Virus record (IMG/VR): IMGVR_UViG_3300035156_000206
Span: 62,001 to 126,000 of that record
DNA: 64,000 nucleotides
Direction: 5' to 3' (one strand)
In this document: positions 25,078 to 34,195 of the stretch, one piece after another
How the letters are laid out: every line of letters begins with the position of its first letter
Position numbering within the stretch: the first letter of the stretch is position 1
Made by a program: the position numbers and the translations under genes
The notes under the pieces: generated by a model
The model's database searches: none
Told to the model about the DNA's origin: nothing
What the model saw: only the letters and a program-made list of their open reading frames with translations

Positions 25078-27080
25078 TTGATCGAGAAGTACAACAACTG
25101 ATTGCGGAACTGCAAGAACTGGATAAGTTAATTGGTTCGGCCGTTACCAGCGATGACTTGCCAGTTACGGCATTAGACACCATCATCAATGTTGCTAGAA
25201 TCGCAGATGATGCGTACGAGAACGGTGACGATCCGCTGTTCAGCGATGCATTGTATGATGCAATTCGCGCCCATGTGCGGGCGAACGCCACTCTTGCTGC
25301 TATTGAATACAGCGATACTGTGGGCAGTGACGTGCGCGGCGGTAAGATTGCACTGCCAAATGCTATGGGATCGCTCACCCAAGCATATGATCAAGGAGAT
25401 CTGGTGGCGTGGGCACAGAAGCATCGCTTGCCTCCAGAAACAGAACTGATCATTACCGAGAAGGAAGACGGCATGAGCTCGTCTGTCCACAACGGTAGTA
25501 CGGGTGAGTTCCGAATCGCCTACAGCCGTGGCAATGGCACGGAAGGTGCTGATATGTCCCGCCATATCAAGCATATTAAAAGCATGCCGAAGAAGGTTAC
25601 AGCAGGACTGGAAGTGCGGGCAGAGATCATCATCTCCAATCCCAACTTCGAAATTCTGAAGACCAAGATCTTCCGTAGCGACGGTTCGGTATACAAGAAC
25701 CCACGCAACATGATCTCGGGCCTGATGAACAAATCCGAAATTGACCCAATCGCATATCAATACATCGATGCGATCGTCTACCACGACTGGAACGAGACAG
25801 ACGAGTCCAAAGAAGAGCAACTGAAACGCTTTACCAAGCTTGGCTACCAGGTACCATACTGGGAAAAGATCACGGTTGCTGACCTGTCAGATAAGTTCCT
25901 GACCGAGCGCCTCAATCACATCCGCGACACATCGAAATACCTCGTCGACGGTATTGTGATCGAAGTCAACGATGCCAAGTTGCGTAACCGCATCAACCCA
26001 AGCAAAGCCACTCTGAATCCAGAGTACGCTCGCAAATACAAGGTTGCTGATGCGGCAAACAACGCGATTGCAACGGTGGATTATGTCGAGAATCGTGTTT
26101 CCAAACACGGTTACATCATTCCGCGCGTCCACTTCCATCCGATCCCTTTGGCAGGCGTTACTGTCACCCACGCGACGGCTCACAACTACGCGTACGTGAT
26201 TGAAAACGGTATCTCGCCCGGTGCCAAGGTTCGCATTACTCGCAGTGGCGATGTGATTCCTTATATCATTGACGTCGTCGAGAAGGGTCCATACACGGAC
26301 GAAGACTTCGACGAGCAGTTGCAAGATGTTGGTGAATACACCTGGACGGTGAATGCTAAAGGCCAGCGCGTACATGCTGTGTTGACTGGTGACCACAAGA
26401 ACATCGGCATCAAACAGGCAGCATCGTTCTTCGAAGCCATTGGCGTTGAAGGTCTGAAGCTGGGTAACGTCACACGCCTCTGTGAATGTGGGTTCGATAC
26501 CATCGAAAAGATCGTCAAGGCATCGGCCGATGAACTGGCTTTTGCTATCGGTTCACCTTCGGTCGCTGATGAGATCTTCACCAGCATCCACAAGCAACTG
26601 AAGCTGCAGACACTTCCGCAGTTCATGGGTGCTTCTGGCAAGTTCGGCCGTGGCATGGGCAAGCGCAAGATCCAGCAGGTATACGACGTGTTCGGCGATA
26701 GTCTGCTGGATGTCACGGTGGATCAGCTGCTGCCCGTCGACAAATTCAATGTCAAGACTGCAACCAAGTTCGTCAGCGGTCTCCCCGTCTATCTTGAATT
26801 CTATGAGTCCATTGCGGACTATGTGGAGTTCGTGGAAAAGAAGGTTGTCGAGGGCGGTGCACTGAATGGCCAAGTGTTTGTGTTCACAGGGTTCCGCAAT
26901 AAGGCACTCGAAGAACGCATCACTGCAGCAGGCGGCGAAGTTGCTGCCAGTTACTCCAAAAAGGTGACGACGTTGATTGCGGCTGACCCAGACGAGCGCA
27001 GTACAAAGCTGGATAAGGCACGAAAAGATCGCTGCAAAGTGATTGGCCTGGTAGATGTGGACTTGCTTTTCGAAGAGTAA
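25074..27080 (+). CDS. ligA: NAD-dependent DNA ligase, no Cys4 zinc finger, C-terminal BRCT
   Basis: SL, KEDG, SRGNG, EVRAE, RN..SG, DGIVI, A.KY, RSGDVIP, FVFTGFR. Confidence 0.93.
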   Translation: MIDREVQQLIAELQELDKLIGSAVTSDDLPVTALDTIINVARIADDAYENGDDPLFSDALYDAIRAHVRANATLAAIEYSDTVGSDVRGGKIALPNAMGSLTQAYDQGDLVAWAQKHRLPPETELIITEKEDGMSSSVHNGSTGEFRIAYSRGNGTEGADMSRHIKHIKSMPKKVTAGLEVRAEIIISNPNFEILKTKIFRSDGSVYKNPRNMISGLMNKSEIDPIAYQYIDAIVYHDWNETDESKEEQLKRFTKLGYQVPYWEKITVADLSDKFLTERLNHIRDTSKYLVDGIVIEVNDAKLRNRINPSKATLNPEYARKYKVADAANNAIATVDYVENRVSKHGYIIPRVHFHPIPLAGVTVTHATAHNYAYVIENGISPGAKVRITRSGDVIPYIIDVVEKGPYTDEDFDEQLQDVGEYTWTVNAKGQRVHAVLTGDHKNIGIKQAASFFEAIGVEGLKLGNVTRLCECGFDTIEKIVKASADELAFAIGSPSVADEIFTSIHKQLKLQTLPQFMGASGKFGRGMGKRKIQQVYDVFGDSLLDVTVDQLLPVDKFNVKTATKFVSGLPVYLEFYESIADYVEFVEKKVVEGGALNGQVFVFTGFRNKALEERITAAGGEVAASYSKKVTTLIAADPDERSTKLDKARKDRCKVIGLVDVDLLFEE

Positions 27081-27097
27081 GCAAATTGTACCTCACA

Positions 27098-27122
27098 GAG
27101 GGGGCTTCGGCTCCCTTTTTTG
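27098..27122 (+). terminator. Rho-independent terminator
   Basis: GGGGC-TTCG-GCTCC plus T tract. Confidence 0.85.
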
Positions 27123-27190
27123 TTGTCTGGTTGTTTACTTTTTTGAAATTTTGTGTATAATGATTATACAATCACTCGAAAGGATATAAC

Positions 27191-27628
27191 ATGGATAAGG
27201 TCATCCCCATTGCAGCAGTGAACAATTATCAGTGCCCAGGTTGTATTCATGGCCCAGATGCTGAAACGTGCCCCAAGTCTAATGTCACGAACCAAGGATG
27301 TACCAATCACTATCCAGGTACTATCATGTTGGGACGTGGAACAATTGCGCTTGGTCTCCCCGTTGGGTTCAATCGCTTTGGCCCTAATCCAACAGCTGCG
27401 GTTGAAGTGCACGCATCATATGATGAGATGTTGGAAATCCACCAAAACTTGAAATCGAAGTACAGTCTTCCTATCTGGAAGCACCTTGATGCCCAGGGCA
27501 ATACAATCACACGTTGGTTCAGCCCGCGGACAAACATGGGGTGGTCGAGTGTGATTCTGGGCAATTGCCTGGACCGTATGCCAACGGCTGTGGAGTTGTT
27601 CCAATCAGATATTGATGATATGGATTAA
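27191..27628 (+). CDS. Cys-containing hypothetical protein
   Basis: YQCPGC..G...C; upstream TTTACT..TATAAT promoter. Confidence 0.8.
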   Translation: MDKVIPIAAVNNYQCPGCIHGPDAETCPKSNVTNQGCTNHYPGTIMLGRGTIALGLPVGFNRFGPNPTAAVEVHASYDEMLEIHQNLKSKYSLPIWKHLDAQGNTITRWFSPRTNMGWSSVILGNCLDRMPTAVELFQSDIDDMD

Positions 27629-27635
27629 GCCTCCG

Positions 27636-27663
27636 TTGACTATTGTCAATTTTTCTGTATAAT
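27636..27663 (+). promoter_or_regulatory. Sigma70-type early promoter
   Basis: TTGACT-16-TATAAT; the -35 is itself in the palindrome TTGAC-TATT-GTCAA. Confidence 0.8.
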
Positions 27664-27717
27664 GGATCTTAATCGGTCAATTACAGTCGATTCCATAGAA
27701 ATTAACCAAGGATAATT

Positions 27718-29739
27718 ATGTCAGAGTTTGCTCCGTTTGCGGCGCTCATCAAGAATCAATTTGATGAGATGGCCAAGGGCGAGTTGTACATTGTTGGCAA
27801 CGACAACCAGTTTGTCTGGGACATGTACCTCGCTTCTTACCCAGAAGGGACTAACGAGATCTACCGCGTCCGTTCCGAAAATGACTGCGCCTGCTGCCGC
27901 AAGTTCGTAAAGAACGTGGGCAATGTGGTGTCAATTGGTACTGACGGCTCCGTTACTACCGTCTGGGACGTAGTTGGTGCCGAAGAGCCATACGCCACCG
28001 TCGCTGCCAACATGGCGGCCGTCATCCGAGAAATGAAAATCAGCTCGGTATATCGCATGTCCGAAAAGAAGTACGGCGAAGAAATCAACTACGAGCGTCT
28101 CAGTGACGGCACTACCCAATCGTGGAACCACTTCTACGCAGTGCTGCCACAAAAGTTCCTGGCTGAATCGATTGCTGCGGCCCGTGCCGAATTCAATGTT
28201 GGCGCAAGCATGCTGCGCGACGGTCTGAAGATCATGTCGATTGATGCCCTCGATACCGTGATTGATCTGATCCAAAGCGATGCTCTGTACCGCGGCGCCG
28301 AAAAGCTGCCAGTTGTTACTGCATTCGCTGCATTGTATCGCGCGCACGCAAAACTGAAGACCGACGCAGCGCGTAACCAATTTGTGTGGCTGAACGCTAC
28401 CGCCTTTGGTGCCAAGTTCAAGAACGACGTGGCCGGCACACTGGTTGAAGCGTTGTCCAGTGGTGAAGACCTGGAAGTGGCTGTCGCCAAGTTCGAGTCC
28501 AAAGTCGACGCGACCAATTACAAGCGCACAACTGCACTGATTACGCCAGGCATGGCAAAAGCCGCATACAAGACCATCCAAGAGCTGGGCCTGGAATCGG
28601 CATTGCATCGCCGGCACGCTAAGCTGTCCGATGTAAGCGTCAACAATGTGCTGTGGGTCGATAACACGGTACAGGGCAAGATGAAGGATGGCATCGAAGG
28701 CCTGTTGATGAGCGTGGCAACGGCACCGAAGGTAACCAATCCCGAAAAGGCCGAGACTATCTCGGTTGAAGACTTCCTGACGAATGTATTGCCACAAGCA
28801 AGCTCAATGGAAGTGCTGGTTACTGGTGGGATGCAAGGTAACATGATGAGTGTCACGGCACCCATCGATCCAACATCGGCGCCATTGTTTAAATGGGACA
28901 ACAACTTTGCCTGGTCGTATAACGGCAACGTAACTGACTCGATCAAAGAACGCGTCAAGAAGGCCGGCGGCAGCATCGTTGGCGATTTGTGCTGTCGTCT
29001 GGTGTGGGACTACACCGACGATCTGGACTTCCACATGACGGAACCAGGTGGCTACAAGATCTGGTTCCGTACCATTCGGCAAAAATCGCCAAGTGGCGGC
29101 ATGCTGGACATCGATGCCAACGGCATGGACGGCATGAAAGATCACCCAGCAGAGAACATTTTCTATGCTGACCGGAACAAAATGAAGGAAGGCACGTACC
29201 GCCTGGAAGTGAATAACTTCAACCGGCGCAGTGCAAATGGTGTTGGATTCGCCGTACAGGTGGAGTTCGACGGCAAGACGATCGACATGACGTACGACCG
29301 CGTTGTGCCGGGATCCACCACGATGCATGTGGCTGATATCACGTACTCGAAGAAGGCCGGCTTTGCCATCAGCCCAATGATTCCGTCGCGTGCGAGCAGT
29401 GTGGACAAGTGGGGCATCAAGACGGAAACCTTCGTCAAGGTGAACACGCTGATGAACAGCCCGAATCACTGGGATGGGAATGCTGTGGTGCAGAAGCATT
29501 GGTTCTTCATCCTGGACGGCTGCGTGAATGACGAGCCGACTCGTGGCATCTATAACGAGTTCCTGCGCCCCGAACTGGACAAGCATCGCAAGGCGTTCGA
29601 AATGCTGGGCAACGAAACCAAGTGTCAGCCTGCTGATGAACAGCTCAGTGGTGTTGGCTTCGCAAGTGCCAAGGGCGACAGCGTTTTGGTCAACGTTACT
29701 GGCACCAAGCTGCGCAAAACGTACAAGATCACGTTTTAA
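27718..29739 (+). CDS. Large conserved phage protein with C-terminal DLDFH (YfaP/DUF2135-like) domain
   Basis: DCACCRKF near the N terminus; DLDFH..P, LDIDAN, ENI, G.Y.L.VNNF. Confidence 0.7.
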   Translation: MSEFAPFAALIKNQFDEMAKGELYIVGNDNQFVWDMYLASYPEGTNEIYRVRSENDCACCRKFVKNVGNVVSIGTDGSVTTVWDVVGAEEPYATVAANMAAVIREMKISSVYRMSEKKYGEEINYERLSDGTTQSWNHFYAVLPQKFLAESIAAARAEFNVGASMLRDGLKIMSIDALDTVIDLIQSDALYRGAEKLPVVTAFAALYRAHAKLKTDAARNQFVWLNATAFGAKFKNDVAGTLVEALSSGEDLEVAVAKFESKVDATNYKRTTALITPGMAKAAYKTIQELGLESALHRRHAKLSDVSVNNVLWVDNTVQGKMKDGIEGLLMSVATAPKVTNPEKAETISVEDFLTNVLPQASSMEVLVTGGMQGNMMSVTAPIDPTSAPLFKWDNNFAWSYNGNVTDSIKERVKKAGGSIVGDLCCRLVWDYTDDLDFHMTEPGGYKIWFRTIRQKSPSGGMLDIDANGMDGMKDHPAENIFYADRNKMKEGTYRLEVNNFNRRSANGVGFAVQVEFDGKTIDMTYDRVVPGSTTMHVADITYSKKAGFAISPMIPSRASSVDKWGIKTETFVKVNTLMNSPNHWDGNAVVQKHWFFILDGCVNDEPTRGIYNEFLRPELDKHRKAFEMLGNETKCQPADEQLSGVGFASAKGDSVLVNVTGTKLRKTYKITF

Positions 29740-29742
29740 GTG

Positions 29743-29889
29743 ATGCACAGCAAGAGTCACATCCGTTTCATCCTCGGCTTCCCGTTTGGATTGGTTGCCG
29801 AGACCTTTGCACGTCTTGCCATTTGGATCAGTGGGAACCAGCTCGACGTGGATTTCAATTATTTAAGACCACCAACCAACAAGGAATAA
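29743..29889 (+). CDS. Small hypothetical protein, 48 aa (not in ORF track)
   Basis: Manual translation MHSKSHIRFILGFPFGLVAETFARLAIWISG..; fills the gap exactly. Confidence 0.5.
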   Translation: MHSKSHIRFILGFPFGLVAETFARLAIWISGNQLDVDFNYLRPPTNKE

Positions 29890-29891
29890 TC

Positions 29892-30299
29892 ATGGACATG
29901 AACATTTTCGAATTTGCTACCAAGAACAAACTGCGTTTCCCTTCAGCCAAGGGCGATCTGACCGTCGAGCAGCTGTGGGAACTGAAACTGCAATCTGCCG
30001 GCCGCGACGACCTGGACACCATCGCCAAGGGCATCAATGCACAGCTCAAGGCAACCGCCGAAGAAAGCTTCGTTACCACGACTCCGTCGAAGGCTAACGC
30101 CACACTGACGCTGAAGCTGGAAATCCTGAAGCACATCATCGCGGTCAAGAAACAAGAAGAAGCTGACAAGCTGAACAAGGCTGCCAAGGACGTGAAGCGC
30201 CGTACACTCACCGAACTGCTGGGCCGCAAGAACGCCGAGAAGGACGAGCAGATGACGCCAGAGCAAATCATGAAGGAACTGGAAAAGCTGGACGACTAA
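29892..30299 (+). CDS. Conserved helical phage protein
   Basis: NIFE.AT.NKLRFPS.KG.LTVEQLW.L; start reassigned. Confidence 0.8.
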   Translation: MDMNIFEFATKNKLRFPSAKGDLTVEQLWELKLQSAGRDDLDTIAKGINAQLKATAEESFVTTTPSKANATLTLKLEILKHIIAVKKQEEADKLNKAAKDVKRRTLTELLGRKNAEKDEQMTPEQIMKELEKLDD

Positions 30300-30368
30300 G
30301 CTTGCCAGGACCTGGAAGGGAGCCTACGGGCTCTTTTCCTTCTATCTAACAACCTAGTAGGAGATCCC

Positions 30369-30647
30369 ATGGATTTAGACGATGTTACAAATGACCCAAT
30401 GGTCGAAGAACAGAAGCGTAATGCCTCACAAGGTGCCTCAGACTATGTCGAAACTGCCATCGAGGCCGTTGGCGAAGTCATTGGCGTTGGCATCGACGCT
30501 GCTTGTGGCGCTGGGGGAGCAGTTGTTGAATTTGGTGGCGCTCTTATCGGTGGCCTTGCTGATGGTGCAGGGGCTGTACTGGGCGGTGTTGCTGACGCAG
30601 GCGGCGCTATCCTTGAAGGGATCGGATCGATCCTCGGTAACCTGTAA
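30369..30647 (+). CDS. Gly/Ala-rich hypothetical protein
   Basis: SD AGGAG; glycine-zipper-like tail. Confidence 0.65.
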   Translation: MDLDDVTNDPMVEEQKRNASQGASDYVETAIEAVGEVIGVGIDAACGAGGAVVEFGGALIGGLADGAGAVLGGVADAGGAILEGIGSILGNL

Positions 30648-31018
30648 TGTACAAGCAAGTGATCGTGCTGCGCAAAGATTTGAACATGCGCAAGGGCAAG
30701 ATGATAGCCCAGGGGGCCCACGCATCCCATATGGCACTGGGCTTCACCTTTCCGATTGGGTGGAAGCTTTTCAAAAACCTGCGTGTTAAGTTGCGTTGGC
30801 TACGGGACGGGCATAAAAAGATTGCTGTATCTTGCCGAGATAGTGTAGAATTACTAAATATCTACGAAGCTGCCGTAAAGGCGGGGCTTCCGGTATCCTT
30901 TGTTATTGACAATGGGCACACCGAATTCAAAGGTGTAAAGACCAGTACTTGTTTGTGTATTGGTCCTGCACTTTCAACCGAAATTGACAAAATCACGGAA
31001 GATCTGCCACTATTATGA
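30647..31018 (+). CDS. pth2: Peptidyl-tRNA hydrolase 2
   Basis: KQVIVLRKDLNMRKGKMIAQGAHAS, KKIAV, D.GHTE, T.LCIGP, IDKITEDLPLL. Confidence 0.93.
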   Translation: MYKQVIVLRKDLNMRKGKMIAQGAHASHMALGFTFPIGWKLFKNLRVKLRWLRDGHKKIAVSCRDSVELLNIYEAAVKAGLPVSFVIDNGHTEFKGVKTSTCLCIGPALSTEIDKITEDLPLL

Positions 31019-31947
31019 TCAAACGCTTCTTGGGATGCTTCGCCATCCTCGCTACTCTCGCTGCTCCTGCTTCTGCTGCTACTAACGTAGTGAATGGGTG
31101 CGGGTGGAACCATCCTGGAACGAATCCTTACAAGGGTGGTTCCATCAAGGCGTTGGATGACTACACGGACATCCCAGAGTACGCGATGATCAAGCTGAAG
31201 CAGCGCATCGCCAAGGAGCAGTACGACAAGATCGTGGACATCAAGCGCGACAGCATCTCGGGCGGCTTCTTGCCAGAAATCACGGACATGCACTTCGCGG
31301 CCAATACTGTATGCCGCTACGTCAATCGCACCGTGTGGAAGCCTGATCACGTAGAAACGGCCCAAGTATACTGCGAAGGTAAGTACTGCGTATTGATCCC
31401 AAAAGTGTGTGGCAATGTCAGTCGCGTTCGTCCGTTGCCAAAGGTTACTCCGGGAACACGTCCTCCCGTGCTGGTAGTGGTGCCTTTCATCCCGGTTCCT
31501 CCTGTTGATGGAATTGTTCCTCCAGGAAATGAAGTGCCTGTATCGAAGCGACCTGTACCAAATGTGCCGGTCCCACCTCCAACCGTCCCACCATTTCCAA
31601 TGTTTGGTGACCATCCGGTGTTTCCCAGGCCAACCCCAGTGATTCCTAGGCCCGTACCAACACCAACACCAACACCAACACCAACACCAACACCAACACC
31701 AACACCAACACCAACACCAACACCAGTTCCACCGCCGCCTTATGTGCCGCCTCCGCCGCCTTATGTGCCGCCTCCACCGCCTTATGTGCCGCCTCCACCG
31801 CCTTATGTGCCGCCTCCACCGCCTTATGTGCCGCCACCACCGCCTTATGTGCCGCCACCGATACCTGACACACCAACGCCGATACCAGAACCTTCGACGA
31901 TGCTGTTGATGGGACTTGGGGTTGCTATCTTGCTGGCACGCAAATGA
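31015..31947 (+). CDS. PEP-CTERM surface protein, MHFG-like, with Pro-rich repeats
   Basis: Signal peptide; C.W..PG.NPY.G, DMHFA, PKVCGNVSR; C terminus IPEPSTMLLMGLGVAILLARK. Confidence 0.88.
   Translation: MIKRFLGCFAILATLAAPASAATNVVNGCGWNHPGTNPYKGGSIKALDDYTDIPEYAMIKLKQRIAKEQYDKIVDIKRDSISGGFLPEITDMHFAANTVCRYVNRTVWKPDHVETAQVYCEGKYCVLIPKVCGNVSRVRPLPKVTPGTRPPVLVVVPFIPVPPVDGIVPPGNEVPVSKRPVPNVPVPPPTVPPFPMFGDHPVFPRPTPVIPRPVPTPTPTPTPTPTPTPTPTPTPTPVPPPPYVPPPPPYVPPPPPYVPPPPPYVPPPPPYVPPPPPYVPPPIPDTPTPIPEPSTMLLMGLGVAILLARK
31657..31722 (+). repeat. (CCAACA)x11 coding microsatellite encoding (PT)11
   Basis: Eleven perfect hexamers. Confidence 0.95.
31729..31860 (+). repeat. 21-nt coding tandem repeat x6 encoding PPPPPYV
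   Basis: TATGTG recurs every 21 nt at 31741, 31762, 31783, 31804, 31825 and 31846. Confidence 0.95.
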
Positions 31948-32069
31948 GCCGGAACAAGCGAGAAGGCCGCTACTGCGGCTTCTACTCTGATGATGGACGG
32001 CACCATCGCACGGGTGGATGTGGTGTGTCATTAAAGGAATGGTCACGTATGTCTAAGTAACACTCGGCA

Positions 32070-32099
32070 CAAAGAGCTCACTTTGGTGGGCTCTTTTTT
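32070..32099 (+). terminator. Rho-independent terminator
   Basis: AAAGAGCTCAC..GTGGGCTCTTT plus T tract. Confidence 0.85.
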
Positions 32100-32110
32100 C
32101 GTCTGTAGTA

Positions 32111-32235
32111 GGTCCTGTTCTGCCCGGCCTGATGTTTGTTGTATGATCCTGATCTATAAGAGGATCTGTTCATTGTTCTGCTCACTAAATATGTGTTCGC
32201 AGAGAAGGAACATCCAATGAACACAGAACAGGACC
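32111..32235 (+). promoter_or_regulatory. Multi-helix leader with late promoter in its apical loop
   Basis: 12-bp (32111-22/32224-35) and 9-bp (32167-75/32215-23) perfect helices; TAAATA 32186-91 in the loop. Confidence 0.7.
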
Positions 32236-32239
32236 CGTC

Positions 32240-32755
32240 ATGACCTTACTTGAACTATCCCCTCCAGTTAATACCACAGGCACATATGCTGCCGTAACCT
32301 TCTCTCCAAAGACAATCGCTAAGCTTATACGCTTTTGCGAGGAAAACGGCGTAAAGAACGTTTTAAACGCTGACAAATTCCATACAACGCTAATTTACAG
32401 TCGTAAAGAAATGCCAGATTATAAAGCAGCTGGTGACCTAAAAACCAAACTAATCGGTGAGCCTGAAGAGCTGTTGATCTGGAAGACGCGAAGCGAAGAC
32501 AAAGATAAGAAGCCCTCCAACTGCTTGGTATTGAAGTACAAATGTCCGGCCCTGGTGGCACGTCACAATCAGCTGATGAAAGAACATGAAGGCACCTACG
32601 ACTTTGATGAGTTTACTCCACACATCACTCTGTCGTACAATATCGGTGATGATTCGATCGACCATCTCCAAGAGAAGCTGAAGGAGTTTGGGGAGATCGA
32701 GATTGACCACGAGTATACCGAGAAACTAGATCTAAACTGGGCAACGAAAAAATGA
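32240..32755 (+). CDS. acb1: Anti-CBASS nuclease Acb1 (T4 gp57B-like 2H phosphodiesterase)
   Basis: GTYAAV, FHTTLIYSR, LVL....L..RH..L...GTYDFDEFTPHITLSY: two HxT motifs. Confidence 0.9.
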   Translation: MTLLELSPPVNTTGTYAAVTFSPKTIAKLIRFCEENGVKNVLNADKFHTTLIYSRKEMPDYKAAGDLKTKLIGEPEELLIWKTRSEDKDKKPSNCLVLKYKCPALVARHNQLMKEHEGTYDFDEFTPHITLSYNIGDDSIDHLQEKLKEFGEIEIDHEYTEKLDLNWATKK

Positions 32756-33291
32756 TTAAACAACTGAAGGACGTCCACCTGCAAATGATTGTGGCGATGG
32801 ACGAAGGTGGTGGGATTGGTTATCAGGGGATGCTCCCTTGGCCAAAGAACACCAAGGACTTTAAATTTTTCCAGGAGAAAACAAAAGGCTCAATCGTAAT
32901 CATGGGCCGAAAGACATACGAAGAAATTGCACAAATTAATCAACAACGTGGCAAAAAGGACGGCCCACTTCTTCCCAATCGGGTGTCAATTGTCATCTCG
33001 AGTGAAGAAATTGTGAGCGCCTACGAAATTACTGTTGAAAAGTCTCTACTATCCGCTATACAATATCGTATAGAAGAAGATGATAAGCCGGTATTCATCA
33101 TAGGTGGCCTTCAGTTGTACACAGAAGCATTACCGTTTGTGAAGACGTTATATGTGACTGTGTTTAAGGGAACGTACCAATGTGATCGTTATCTTCCGAT
33201 TAAGTACCTTACACAGAACTTTGACATAGTAGAGGGTACGGATGAAAAAGACCTCTACTTCCTGAAACTGAACCGTGTAAAGAACTTGTAA
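32752..33291 (+). CDS. folA: Dihydrofolate reductase
   Basis: IVAMD..GGIG..G.LPW, D.K.F..KT, VIMGRKTYE, LPNR, FIIGG..LY. Confidence 0.95.
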   Translation: MIKQLKDVHLQMIVAMDEGGGIGYQGMLPWPKNTKDFKFFQEKTKGSIVIMGRKTYEEIAQINQQRGKKDGPLLPNRVSIVISSEEIVSAYEITVEKSLLSAIQYRIEEDDKPVFIIGGLQLYTEALPFVKTLYVTVFKGTYQCDRYLPIKYLTQNFDIVEGTDEKDLYFLKLNRVKNL

Positions 33292-33354
33292 TAGGAAGCT
33301 CCTGAAGAAACAAGTGGCGCTGCAACAAACCAAGAAACCTAGAGGAATACGCAA

Positions 33355-34158
33355 ATGAGCAACAGAAATGACATCCGCAGCAAGAACAACGACGATGACG
33401 ACGAAGAGGGTCCAGGCCAGAACCGAGTGCTTATGCAAGTTCAAGCCCCCTTCAAGACATACGAAGCCGTCCGTACCCAGCGTATTACCACGTTTTACCT
33501 GAGCAAGATCATCGGCGATCCTGATCAGTACACTGACATGATCCACAAGATTCGTGTTGCTGCCCCATCAGACATCGTATACATTCACCTGAACACTGGT
33601 GGTGGCCGTCTCGATACCGGCATTCAACTGATCAACGCAATGAAAGATAGTGCTGCTCGCATTATCGCAGTGCTTGATTCAAAGGCCTACTCCCTGGGCA
33701 CTCTCATCTTCCTGGCCGCGGACGAATTCATCGTTCACGACAACTGCATGTTCATGATCCACAACTACTCGTCCGTGACCGGCGGTAAAGGAAATGAGCA
33801 GAAGAGCGAGCTGCTGGCTACGGAAGCCTGGTTCAAAAAGCTCGCGAAGAAGTACTACTTCCCGTTCTTGTCGCACGACGAGATCGATAAGGTACTGAAC
33901 GGCCATGATATTTGGATGGACTCGGACGAAATCAAAAAGCGTCTGAAAAATATGGTCAAGCTGCAAGAAGAAGCAATGGCTGATGCTGATGCACCGAAAG
34001 TCCCACGTCGCCGTCGTGCTGACAAGACCCCTGCGGTGATTTCACTCGAAACCGGCGTGCTGCCAGAGCCAACTACAATTCAAACGACGGCTGGCATTGC
34101 CAGTCCTCCTGCAACACCTCCAACAGTCGTCGCCATTGTTCCTGCAAAGGCGAAGTAA
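33355..34158 (+). CDS. ClpP-like (S14) serine protease
   Basis: LNTGGG, AYSLG (Ser), FMIH (His), HDIW (Asp). Confidence 0.85.
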   Translation: MSNRNDIRSKNNDDDDEEGPGQNRVLMQVQAPFKTYEAVRTQRITTFYLSKIIGDPDQYTDMIHKIRVAAPSDIVYIHLNTGGGRLDTGIQLINAMKDSAARIIAVLDSKAYSLGTLIFLAADEFIVHDNCMFMIHNYSSVTGGKGNEQKSELLATEAWFKKLAKKYYFPFLSHDEIDKVLNGHDIWMDSDEIKKRLKNMVKLQEEAMADADAPKVPRRRRADKTPAVISLETGVLPEPTTIQTTAGIASPPATPPTVVAIVPAKAK

Positions 34159-34195
34159 CTCAACAAGTAGTATCCTCTAGGGTAAGTGGTCCGTT

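Noticed and set aside
31657-31860. Tandem repeats resembling a CRISPR or repeat array
   Set aside because: No unique spacers; the repeats are in-frame codons of the PEP-CTERM stalk
30862-32046. 394 aa minus-strand ORF with WC and RRRRHI repeats
   Set aside because: Antisense shadow of the Pro-rich repeats; the plus strand has signal peptide, family motifs and PEP-CTERM
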